Shown: positions 25,752-33,958 of the stretch, one piece after another
Position numbering within the stretch: position 1 is the first letter of the stretch
Layout: each line of letters opens with the position of its first letter
Made by a program: the position numbers and the translations under genes
Notes under the pieces: generated by a model
What the model was told of the DNA's origin: nothing
What the model saw: only the letters and a program-made list of their open reading frames with translations
Database searches by the model: none
Assembly (NCBI GenBank): GCA_965247635.1
Contig: CBDFHJ010000007.1
Coordinates: 132,630 to 196,629 of the forward strand
DNA: 64,000 nucleotides
Direction of reading: 5' to 3'
Origin: Dehalococcoidia bacterium
Lineage (GTDB): Bacteria > Chloroflexota > Dehalococcoidia > Lucifugimonadales > Australimonadaceae

Positions 25752-26579
25752 TTAGGCCGCCGCGGACTCGGCAGGCGCTCTGTCAAAGAACTGGTCCGGC
25801 GTCATTCCCCCAAGGCTCGAATGGGGCCGTCCGGCATTGTAAAACTCGAAGTACCGCCCGAGTCCAGTTCTGGCTTCCGGGACCGATTCGTAGGCTCTCA
25901 GGTACACCTCCTCGTACTTGACGCTCTTCCACAGCCGTTCGACGAACACATTATCCTTCCAGCTTCCCTTCCCGTCCATGCTGATCTGGATCCCATTGGC
26001 TTTCAGCAGGCCGGTGAAGGCGTCACTTGTGAACTGGCTTCCCTGATCTGTGTTGAATATCTCCGGCGCGCCGTGGCGTCCCAGGGATTCTTCGAGCGCC
26101 TCCACGCAGAAGTCTGCGTCCATTGTGACCGATACCCGCCAGGCCAGCACCTTGCGGCTATGCCAGTCCATCACTGCGGCTAGGTACACGAACCCCCTGG
26201 CCATCGGAATGTACGTGATATCCATTGCCCACACCTGGTTGGGCCTGCTCACCTCAAGCCCGCGCAGCAGGTACGGATACACCGTATGGCCGGGCCGTCG
26301 CCGGCTGGTGTTGGGCTTGCGGTACAGCGCCTCGATGCCCATCCGCCGCATCAGTGTGGCGATGTGCCTACGCCCGGAGGAGAGTCCCTCCTGGCGGAGC
26401 AGGCCTCGCATCATCCTACTGCCTGCAAACGGATACTCAAGGTGCAGCTCATCGATGCGGCGCATCAGTCCGAGACCGGCTTCGCCCACCGGCCGTGGCC
26501 GGTAGTAGATGCTCCCGCGGCTGATGCCCACTGCCTTTGCCTGGCGGGCGAGAGGCAGCTTGTGATCACGGTCGATCAT
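25752..26579 (-). CDS. IS3-family transposase OrfB (DDE)
   Basis: 275 aa with WAMDITYI, VMDWHSRKV, FNTDQGSQF and rve-type motifs. Confidence 0.85.
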   Translation of the reverse strand: MIDRDHKLPLARQAKAVGISRGSIYYRPRPVGEAGLGLMRRIDELHLEYPFAGSRMMRGLLRQEGLSSGRRHIATLMRRMGIEALYRKPNTSRRRPGHTVYPYLLRGLEVSRPNQVWAMDITYIPMARGFVYLAAVMDWHSRKVLAWRVSVTMDADFCVEALEESLGRHGAPEIFNTDQGSQFTSDAFTGLLKANGIQISMDGKGSWKDNVFVERLWKSVKYEEVYLRAYESVPEARTGLGRYFEFYNAGRPHSSLGGMTPDQFFDRAPAESAAA

Positions 26580-26881
26580 CGCCTTGCGCCCGGCAATCCC
26601 GCCTTCGTGAGCGCGGCCTCTAAAAAATCGTTCTCCAACGCAAGCTCACCGATCTTAGCGTGAAGGACCTTCATATCTACCGGCTTTTCAGCCTGCCCTG
26701 TCCCGGCGCCAAATAACTGCGCCGCCCGATCCAGCAACTGGGTCTTCCATTGCGTGATCTGGTTCGGGTGCACATCGAACTGGCTTGCCAGCTCCGAAAG
26801 TGTCCGGTCGCCGCGTACTGCGGCAAGAGCCACCTTCGCCTTGAACTCTGCCGAGTGGTTACGGCGGGGTCGTCTCCTCAT
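26576..26881 (-). CDS. IS3-family transposase OrfA
   Basis: 101 aa with the motifs [14 protein letters not shown] and LASQFDVHPNQITQWK. Confidence 0.85.
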   Translation of the reverse strand: MRRRPRRNHSAEFKAKVALAAVRGDRTLSELASQFDVHPNQITQWKTQLLDRAAQLFGAGTGQAEKPVDMKVLHAKIGELALENDFLEAALTKAGLPGARR

Positions 26882-27509
26882 CTCTCGCTCCTGTCTCCGA
26901 GAGCACTATCATGCCCTCAATCAGGCAGCGATTCCACTTATCCCCCTGTTCAGATTTCCGGAGCCACTTCTATCTCAACTCAGGCGCTTCGTGATACCCG
27001 GGAGCCCGGTGCACGAAACGTAGTAGCGCTTGGTACGGAGGGACATCTGAGGTCTATCGGCGTAGCCACAGTATCTGCATGGGTCGCCCATGCCTTTGCC
27101 TGGGCCGCTGGGGTCTGGTTGGCGTTCTGGCCCACATTATGCGAGACGGTGACTCGATCCTGGCTACGTCGATCGGCATCACGCATGTACGACTGCTCAG
27201 CCTACTCAAGACGATGGTAGTGCTCCAAAGGGACCCTGAAACCCTAGCGGGACACCAGCAGGAATACGAGCAGTTCTACAAATACAGGACAAGCCCCCAG
27301 CGCGGCACACCACCCTAGAACAATGCGAAGCATATTGAGGTTCAGCTTTGCTCAATAGGCCCCACTGGAGACAGTCTCCGTCAGTACCAGGACTCGATTA
27401 GCAATATGAGGATGAAGTACATCCGACAATCATGGATTCGCAGATTAATCTCGCGCTGGACGTTGCGGAGGTACGCTGTACTAGGCATTGGTGAGCCAGT
27501 AAGAAACGC

Positions 27510-27596
27510 ATGATCGACACGCTGATACTGGACTTCGATGGTGTCATCATCGATTCGGAAATGCCCGAGTTTGAAGCGGTGCACGCAATTAACTGA
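27510..27596 (+). pseudogene. remnant of a HAD-hydrolase N-terminus
   Basis: The 28-codon ORF MIDTLILDFDGVIIDSEMPEFEAVHAIN has a perfect HAD motif I and then stops. It is a gene fragment at the edge of the low-GC block. Confidence 0.4.
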
Positions 27597-27609
27597 AGCG
27601 GCTGACCTC

Positions 27610-28233
27610 ATGACTCCGGACAGTAACGACCGAACCTGGCACGTGTTGCTGATTGGAGGCAACTCCGCGTCAGGGAAGACGACCCTTGCTAGGCAACTTG
27701 GACTCCTGCATGGGATTTCCTGGATGATGGTCGATGATTTACGACTAGCGTTTCAGCGTGCTCGTGCCCATCTGCCCGAAGGTGCGGACGCCCTGTACTT
27801 CGACAAGCAGCCTAACTACTGGACGCGTCCGCCGCGGGAGCAGTGCGACGCTCTTATAGGCGTCGGCGAAGCCCTATCGGCCCCGCTGGAAGTAGTAATC
27901 GAGAATCATGTGGACCAGGCTAATCCGATCGTAATTGAGGGGGATGGCATTCTACCGTCGCTCTTGTCCCGACCGCCAGTGGTCGAGCGGGCGCCTTCGA
28001 CTAGGGCAGTTTTCCTCGTGGAACAGGATGAGTCCGCTATCCTGGCAAATATAGTCGAGCGCGGCCGCCATGTTGCAGGCTGGGCGGAAAGGGATTTGAG
28101 GAACGACGCTCGCTCGAAGTGGTTGTTCGGGCAGTGGCTGGTTGGGCAGGCGGCGAGCCACGACTTCCAGGTCATCGAGCCGCGTCCGTGGGAAACACTT
28201 CAAGAACGCGTGCTGGGGATAGTCCAGCCTTGA
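27610..28233 (+). CDS. P-loop kinase-like protein (AAA_33/2-phosphoglycerate-kinase-like)
   Basis: The start was set at ATG 27610. It has a Walker A motif (LLIGGNSASGKTTLARQLG). Confidence 0.5.
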   Translation: MTPDSNDRTWHVLLIGGNSASGKTTLARQLGLLHGISWMMVDDLRLAFQRARAHLPEGADALYFDKQPNYWTRPPREQCDALIGVGEALSAPLEVVIENHVDQANPIVIEGDGILPSLLSRPPVVERAPSTRAVFLVEQDESAILANIVERGRHVAGWAERDLRNDARSKWLFGQWLVGQAASHDFQVIEPRPWETLQERVLGIVQP

Positions 28234-28249
28234 GCGTTATTCATTATCG

Positions 28250-29065
28250 ATGAAATACTATTATCGCGAACACTTATCTGGATATCAGATGGTCGAGCGG
28301 GAAGGCAAGAGTTCGTGGGGTGAAATTCACGGGCACCCAGATGGATTCGAGCGATTCGCATCCAGGTCTTTCCTAGAGCAGGTGCTACCGCAACTCGAAT
28401 TCGATTCCAAACGACCGAGGGCCCTTGAGTTGGGTTGCGGCACGGGTCCTGGAGCCTGCTTCCTGGCGGAACGAGGCTTCCGGGTAGATGCTGTCGATTT
28501 GATACCGACCGCCATCGACATCGCCCGCAGGATTGCCATGGAGCGCAACCTGGACATCCGCTACGAGGTCACGGACGTCACGAAAATCCCGCTGTTCGGC
28601 ATTCGGTACGACCTGATCGTCGACAGCTATTGTCTCCAGTGTATTGTTCTGGACGCAGACCGGAGGAGCGTGTTTGCCGCGGTCCGTGCCAGGCTGAAGC
28701 CATCTGGCTACTACTTGATCAGTACAGCTATCTACGATGACGCGAGGCACTATCCCGACGACCCAGTCGTCGACTCCGTCTCAGGAACCGTCTATCACAG
28801 ATACGACAAGCATTGTCTCTTCGACTCGGCCACCGACGTCTACTATGAACCGTTCTCAGGTACCGGATACGACTACGGCCTCAACGCCCCGCCCGAGGAC
28901 TACGAAGGAAGTACCCAGATCGCCGGGAGATGGTATTTGCCGACAAGGAGATACCGAACTGCGAACGGTTTGAAAGCCGAACTGGAGGCTAAAGGCTTCA
29001 GGACGGTTCTCCAGACTGGTAAGCTTGGCGAGAACGTGCTATGCACCGTGGCTGGGGACTCCTAG
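28250..29065 (+). CDS. class I SAM-dependent methyltransferase
   Basis: 271 aa with motif I (ALELGCGTGPGACFLAERGFRVDAVDL). Confidence 0.7.
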   Translation: MKYYYREHLSGYQMVEREGKSSWGEIHGHPDGFERFASRSFLEQVLPQLEFDSKRPRALELGCGTGPGACFLAERGFRVDAVDLIPTAIDIARRIAMERNLDIRYEVTDVTKIPLFGIRYDLIVDSYCLQCIVLDADRRSVFAAVRARLKPSGYYLISTAIYDDARHYPDDPVVDSVSGTVYHRYDKHCLFDSATDVYYEPFSGTGYDYGLNAPPEDYEGSTQIAGRWYLPTRRYRTANGLKAELEAKGFRTVLQTGKLGENVLCTVAGDS

Positions 29066-29179
29066 GTCCTAGAGACGTCGGCTCGCGGATGGCTAGGCGG
29101 CTATCGTTGGCTTCATGGTGAGGACGCGGTTCAGCCCGATGTCCAGTGAAACAACCAAGAACTAAGGGAATGGGAGCGA

Positions 29180-29629
29180 ATGCGTTACGGGATTAGCGCG
29201 GCCGGTATAGTCGTGGAGAATGCCAAGGTTCTGATGGCCCACCACGTCGAGCCTGGCTACGACTTCTGGACGCTCCCTGGGGGCAGCCTTAAAGGCGACG
29301 AGTCTGTTTTCGAATGCGTCAGGCGAGAGATGGCCGAGGAGACGGGCCTGTCCGTTGAGCCAGACAAGATCGTCTATATCCAGGAGTTCGTCGAGCCAGA
29401 CTATCACTTCTGCAAGTTCTTCATTCTATGTGGCGCTCAAACGGGGAACCTCACGATCGACCACAAACCCGAAGGCGAAGACGAGCTGGTCGGCGTACGC
29501 TTCTTGTCGAGGGCGGAGATCAGGGAGCTAGAGGTCTACCCCGAGGTACTGTACGACGAGTTCTGGGACGACCAGAAGGAAGGGTTCCCCGAGACCAAGT
29601 ATCTAGGGTTGCAGCACGTAGACCCTTGA
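29180..29629 (+). CDS. NUDIX hydrolase
   Basis: 149 aa with a Nudix box (GGSLKGDESVFECVRREMAEETGL). Confidence 0.8.
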   Translation: MRYGISAAGIVVENAKVLMAHHVEPGYDFWTLPGGSLKGDESVFECVRREMAEETGLSVEPDKIVYIQEFVEPDYHFCKFFILCGAQTGNLTIDHKPEGEDELVGVRFLSRAEIRELEVYPEVLYDEFWDDQKEGFPETKYLGLQHVDP

Positions 29630-29685
29630 GTTCCTTACCCGTCGAGGGGCTCGGAGGCTTCCATTCCCAGTTTCCAGGAGTTGCC

Positions 29686-30402
29686 ATGAAAGAGGAACCT
29701 ATAGCGCTGGACGTGTGGGAAGAGATGGCTGAGTTATATGCAGCACGCGTTGAAACGAAGGCCCACAACGCCTTCTATAACTGGCCGGCAATACGCACTC
29801 TGTTGCCCCCCGTCGAAGGAAACCGGGTGCTCGACGCTGCCTGCGGACCGGGAGTTTTCGCCGAATGGCTAGTAGACGGAGGCGCGGAGGTTGTTGGTTT
29901 CGACGTCAGCCCTAAGATGGTAGAGATAGCCGAAAGACGTCTTCAAGGCAAAGCGCGAATCGTCAAAGCCGACTTCGACCAGCCGCTTGACTTTCTTGAG
30001 ACGGGTTCGTTTGACTTGGTGGTTAGCTCATTGGCTCTAGATTACGTGAAGGACTGGGACCCTATATTCAGGGAGTTCTCCAGGGTGTTGCGACCATCTG
30101 GTCGGTTCGTATTCTCAGTCGGACACCCATCTGACGAGTTCTACGAACACCATTCCGAAGGCAACTACTTCGACGTAGAACAAGTCGATATGGTATGGAC
30201 CGGATTCGGCACGCCTTTTACGGTGCCGTACTACAGACGCTCACTTGGCGCAATGCTAGACCCGGTGCTCGGCGCAGGCTTTACACTCGAGCGCTTGCTT
30301 GAACCCAGACCGGTCGAGGAATTCAAAGACCTAGACCCTGGAGATTATCAAAAGTTGATGAAACAACCCGGATTCATATGTCTTAGTGCGGCGAAACCGT
30401 GA
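29686..30402 (+). CDS. class I SAM-dependent methyltransferase (type 11)
   Basis: The start was set at ATG 29686 after AGGAG, because the upstream part of the track ORF overlaps the NUDIX gene. Motif I is VLDAACGPGVFAEWL. Confidence 0.7.
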   Translation: MKEEPIALDVWEEMAELYAARVETKAHNAFYNWPAIRTLLPPVEGNRVLDAACGPGVFAEWLVDGGAEVVGFDVSPKMVEIAERRLQGKARIVKADFDQPLDFLETGSFDLVVSSLALDYVKDWDPIFREFSRVLRPSGRFVFSVGHPSDEFYEHHSEGNYFDVEQVDMVWTGFGTPFTVPYYRRSLGAMLDPVLGAGFTLERLLEPRPVEEFKDLDPGDYQKLMKQPGFICLSAAKP

Positions 30403-30446
30403 AAGGGAGTGGAGGCACGGATCGAGGAGATCAGGGTCGCTCAAGT

Positions 30447-31151
30447 ATGAAGAAGTCAAGAGCATCTGTTCGTGCCAAGGCGGACAAGATCCGAGATTTT
30501 CGGTGTAAGAATTTGATCGCCGTCATGGAGAATCCCGATGACATAAGAAACATCGGAACCATTATCCGCAACGTCAATGCGTTGGGCGTTGAAAAGGCCT
30601 ACATTGTCACCTCTCATGAGTCTTTGCCTGACGACTGGCAGGAGATGCGCGGTCGTTCGAAGCTGAACGCCGTATCGGCATCCGGTATCAAATGGAGCTT
30701 CGTTAAGAAGTTTGAGGACACAGAAAGTTGCTTAGCGCACTTGGAGAAGAATGGCTTCGTGTCTGCCGTAACCTCACCACATACGAAGGGTCGTAAGAAC
30801 GTCGAATTACACAAGGGTGACTACACTAAGTACAAGAAGCTGGCAGTCTGGTTCGGGAATGAGGTAACTGGCATCAGCAAGCTCGCGCTCGAGAAAAGCG
30901 CGCTGTGTATCAACATACCCATGTTCGGAATGATCGAAAGCCTGAATCTCGGTACTTCTTCAGGCATTGTCTTCTACGAGATCACGAAACAACGGAGAGA
31001 ATTTCAGTTCAGACTCAAGGAGAAACGAGTTGTAAAGAGGCAATCGCAAAGCGCGCCCCAACAGTTTATTGAAGCCGACCCTGCTACGCGTCGCCGCTTG
31101 ATTCAGGCAGCCGAGAGTGAACGGGGTTCTAGTCGTGCCAGGAATGCCTGA
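30447..31151 (+). CDS. SpoU/TrmH-family RNA 2'-O-methyltransferase
   Basis: It has SPOUT motifs (IRNIGTIIRNVNALGV; AVWFGNEVTGIS; IPMFGMIESLNLGTSSGI). The start is uncertain (30399 or 30447). GC is low. Confidence 0.7.
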   Translation: MKKSRASVRAKADKIRDFRCKNLIAVMENPDDIRNIGTIIRNVNALGVEKAYIVTSHESLPDDWQEMRGRSKLNAVSASGIKWSFVKKFEDTESCLAHLEKNGFVSAVTSPHTKGRKNVELHKGDYTKYKKLAVWFGNEVTGISKLALEKSALCINIPMFGMIESLNLGTSSGIVFYEITKQRREFQFRLKEKRVVKRQSQSAPQQFIEADPATRRRLIQAAESERGSSRARNA

Positions 31152-31798
31152 CATCGCTGTGACCAATGAGCAGATCGTCGAGTTCGAGCTAGAAGATGAA
31201 GGGTCAGAGGTAGAGTTGGAAGAAGGAGTTCTCGAGACCGAAGCAAGAAACAGCACTGGCAACCGCCGAACGCGGCGGCACTAACATCGAAAGGATGACC
31301 CAGTGAAACTCTGTCCTCGACCTGGATGGGACCTTGTGACTCTCGAATAGCCCGCGACGTATCGATACCGTAACCAGTAAGTTTCATGGCAGTCGCGCAA
31401 TAGCGACAAAGCGTTTCGCTACTCTTGGGCCGTTGGGCTGGGTACGGTGAGCGGCGAGACCGAGCCGTCCGGCTAGTCACTGCTACCCGTGCTCCTCGTG
31501 CTCGCGCTGCGGAGCTAGGGATCCACTTGCTCTCTCCGCTTTCCAGGACTTTCCAATCTCCAAACGGCCCAAGCGGCGTCCCCTCCGTCTCCCTCAACGC
31601 ATCGACTAATCGCCGAAGGTTCGCTTTGGATGTGTCGGGTACGATGTCGAGATCCGCTGCCTGAAGATCTACTCCGTAGGCCTCCATAGCGATTGATCCG
31701 ATCACAATATACTGAACACCCCGATTTTCGAGGATCCTGAGTAACTGGGCCACGTCGGGACTCCTGCTGTCGTATCGAACGCGAGAGAAGTTGTTCAT
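31103..31798 (-). CDS. nucleotidyltransferase-fold protein; the 3' half is doubtful and it may be a pseudogene
   Basis: The first ~95 aa look like a minimal NTase (IVIGSIAMEAYGVDLQAADLDIVPD). The rest is Arg/Ser/Ala-rich and overlaps the SpoU gene end. Confidence 0.3.
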   Translation of the reverse strand: MNNFSRVRYDSRSPDVAQLLRILENRGVQYIVIGSIAMEAYGVDLQAADLDIVPDTSKANLRRLVDALRETEGTPLGPFGDWKVLESGESKWIPSSAARARGARVAVTSRTARSRRSPYPAQRPKSSETLCRYCATAMKLTGYGIDTSRAIRESQGPIQVEDRVSLGHPFDVSAAAFGGCQCCFLLRSRELLLPTLPLTLHLLARTRRSAHWSQRCQAFLARLEPRSLSAA

Positions 31799-31934
31799 AT
31801 ACCAGTATCTCCATCAATGGGCTGAGCGGCTCTTTGATTCCACAGCATTGGCAGCAACGGTGACGGCGACAGGCACCCCTAATTGGCATTAGCAAGGTCA
31901 CAGTTTCCGAAGAGCGGCGTCCTTGTTTGCCCTG

Positions 31935-32429
31935 TGCAGTGAGGTGGACCCCAAAATTCGGACAGGTGGCTAAGAGAGAGTCCCGCTCCTAAAATAGGAC
32001 GGAAAGAAGGAGCAGGACATGAATCAAACGTGTAAGAAGCACAGCCCAGTCTTCAAGGCCAAAGTGGCTTTGGCCGCGCTCCAGGGGGAGCACACGATTG
32101 CAGAGCTGGCCAGCCGGTTTGAAGTCCACCCGAGCCAGATCCATGCCTGGAAGAAGGCCTTGACTCAGGGGGCGCCGCACCTCTTTGGAAATGGTGCTGG
32201 ACGCCAGGAGAAGGACCAAGAGGTCCTCACTGCCCAGCTCTACCAACAGATTGGGCAGCTCAAGGTGGAACGGGATTTTTTGTCACGGAGCTTCGGGTTG
32301 TGAGCCGGTCCCAACGCCGGGCCATGATTGACCGAGAAGAACCGAAGCTGTCTCTGGTGCGCCAGTGCGCCTTGCTGGGTATCAGCCGCTCCTCGTTGTA
32401 CTACCTGCCAACCGAGGCCGGCGCCGAGG
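31935..32429 (+). mobile_element. 5' remnant of a third IS3-family element, truncated by insertion of IS copy 3
   Basis: orfA is intact. After a TTTTTTG site (32276-32282), the orfB N-terminus (MIDREEPKLSLVRQCALLGISRSSLYYLP) parallels OrfB of 25752-26579 and ends exactly at the IS copy 3 terminus. The left boundary is approximate. Confidence 0.7.
32019..32303 (+). CDS. IS3-family transposase OrfA (of the truncated element)
   Basis: 94 aa. The sequence [39 protein letters not shown] is homologous to the 26576-26881 product. Confidence 0.8.
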   Translation: MNQTCKKHSPVFKAKVALAALQGEHTIAELASRFEVHPSQIHAWKKALTQGAPHLFGNGAGRQEKDQEVLTAQLYQQIGQLKVERDFLSRSFGL

Positions 32430-32540
32430 TGTAGACCGTCAGCGATAATGGGACACATATAAGGGTAGGAAAACCCGAGAGTCGGAGGGTGGTGTGAGCT
32501 CCTGAAATGAGGGTAGAGCTACCCACAGAAAGGAGCAGAT

Positions 32541-32948
32541 GTGTCCCAACTAGAAGTAAGCAAAGCAGAGGCCGCCGAGGAACGAAGCGAGCAGACCAGG
32601 TCTTTCGTCCGCACAGTGAAGGCGGCTGCCCGACGTAAGTACACCCCCGAAGAGAAGATCCGAATTGTTCTGGAGGGCTTCCGCCGCGAGGTCACAGCCA
32701 ACGACCTGTGCCGGCGGGAGGGGATCAAGCCCCACTCCTACTACTCGTGGACCAAAGAGTTCATGGAGGCGGGCAAGGAGAGGTTGACCCGTGACTCGGT
32801 TCGGGACGCCACTCAGCATGAGGTAGGGCAACTCAAGCGAGAGAACGGGGAACTCAAGGAGCTAGTGGCCGATCTGTCGCTGGAGGCGTACCGTCTCAAA
32901 AAAACGGCCATCCCCATGCCCCAGGACGCCACCGGTACCAGCGGATGA
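32541..32948 (+). CDS. IS3-family transposase OrfA
   Basis: 135 aa, identical to OrfA of copy 2. Confidence 0.9.
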   Translation: MSQLEVSKAEAAEERSEQTRSFVRTVKAAARRKYTPEEKIRIVLEGFRREVTANDLCRREGIKPHSYYSWTKEFMEAGKERLTRDSVRDATQHEVGQLKRENGELKELVADLSLEAYRLKKTAIPMPQDATGTSG

Positions 32949-33880
32949 GCGCCCCGGAGAAGGCAGAGGTAGTTACCAAAGTATCCTCGTCTCCCCTCCC
33001 CAAGCGAAAGGTCCTCAGAGAGCTGGGCATCCCTAAGAGCACCTACTACCGGTGGCTCAGACGCCAAGACCAACAAGGACTTGAGGACCGACCAGGAGGC
33101 GATCAGCCACCATGGAACCGTCTTACTATTCAGGAAGAACGCTCAGTCCTGTTATCAGCCAGGGAGATGCCAGAGCTGAGCTGCCGTCAGCTGGCCGCGG
33201 GGATCACCGACAACCAGGGCTTCTCAGTCTCAGAGTCCAGCGTCTACCGTATCCTGGGCAGGGAGGGCCTAGTGAAGAGGCCTGAGATGCGGTTGGCCGC
33301 GGGGAAGGAGTACCACCTCAAGACCACAGGACCTCACCAGATGTGGGCCACCGATGCCTCATACTTCAGGGTGGTTGGGTGGGGCTACTACTACCTGGTC
33401 ACCGTTATGGACGACTACTCCCGCTTCATCCTGGCTCACAGGCTTCAGCAAGATATGACGGCCGACTCCTTCATCGAGGTGGTCCAGGATGCTGTGGACA
33501 CGACCAGCATGGACCAAGTTCCAGTCACAGACCGCACCAGGCTGCTGAGTGACAACGGTCCAGGCTATGTCTCAAGAGCATTCAGGGACTACCTGGGGAT
33601 GGTTGGCATCAAGCACATCCTAGCAACTCCTTTCCACCCTCAGACCAACGGGAAGCTGGAGCGCTACCACCAGACCATCAAACGGGACGTCAACCAGGTG
33701 CCTTATGAGTTGCCCGCCGACCTTGAGGCTGCTATCGCGGCCTTCGTCAGCTACTACAACTACCGGCGCTATCACAAGGCTCTGGGCAACGTGACACCAT
33801 CAGACGTGCTCAAGGGAAGACGGCAAGAGATCCTACAACGCAGGAAGGAGGTGAAGGCTCAAACCACCGAACGGCGATGA
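32945..33880 (+). CDS. IS3-family transposase OrfB, shortened by 17 codons through a CGA-to-TGA change
   Basis: 311 aa versus 328 aa in copy 2. The TGA at 33878-33880 corresponds to CGA in copies 1 and 2. The DDE core is retained. Confidence 0.85.
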   Translation: MSAPEKAEVVTKVSSSPLPKRKVLRELGIPKSTYYRWLRRQDQQGLEDRPGGDQPPWNRLTIQEERSVLLSAREMPELSCRQLAAGITDNQGFSVSESSVYRILGREGLVKRPEMRLAAGKEYHLKTTGPHQMWATDASYFRVVGWGYYYLVTVMDDYSRFILAHRLQQDMTADSFIEVVQDAVDTTSMDQVPVTDRTRLLSDNGPGYVSRAFRDYLGMVGIKHILATPFHPQTNGKLERYHQTIKRDVNQVPYELPADLEAAIAAFVSYYNYRRYHKALGNVTPSDVLKGRRQEILQRRKEVKAQTTERR

Positions 33881-33958
33881 CGCTACAACAGGGCCCTCAG
33901 GGAGCTCGCCAGACCTCCATCCAGCCCCTGATCTCTCGGCTCCCAATGTGTCCCACTT

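Larger units (their letters stand above)
25706..26952 (-). mobile_element. second IS3-family element (IS2/IS407-like), about 1.25 kb
   Basis: The terminal repeats are TGAACAGCGCTGCCCGGTTTGATAAGTGGAATCACGCTGCC at 25706 and, as reverse complement at the other end (26952), TGAACAGGGGGATAAGTGGAATCGCTGCC. orfA and orfB overlap, with a TTTTTTA slippery site (minus strand, 26621-26627). Confidence 0.8.
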
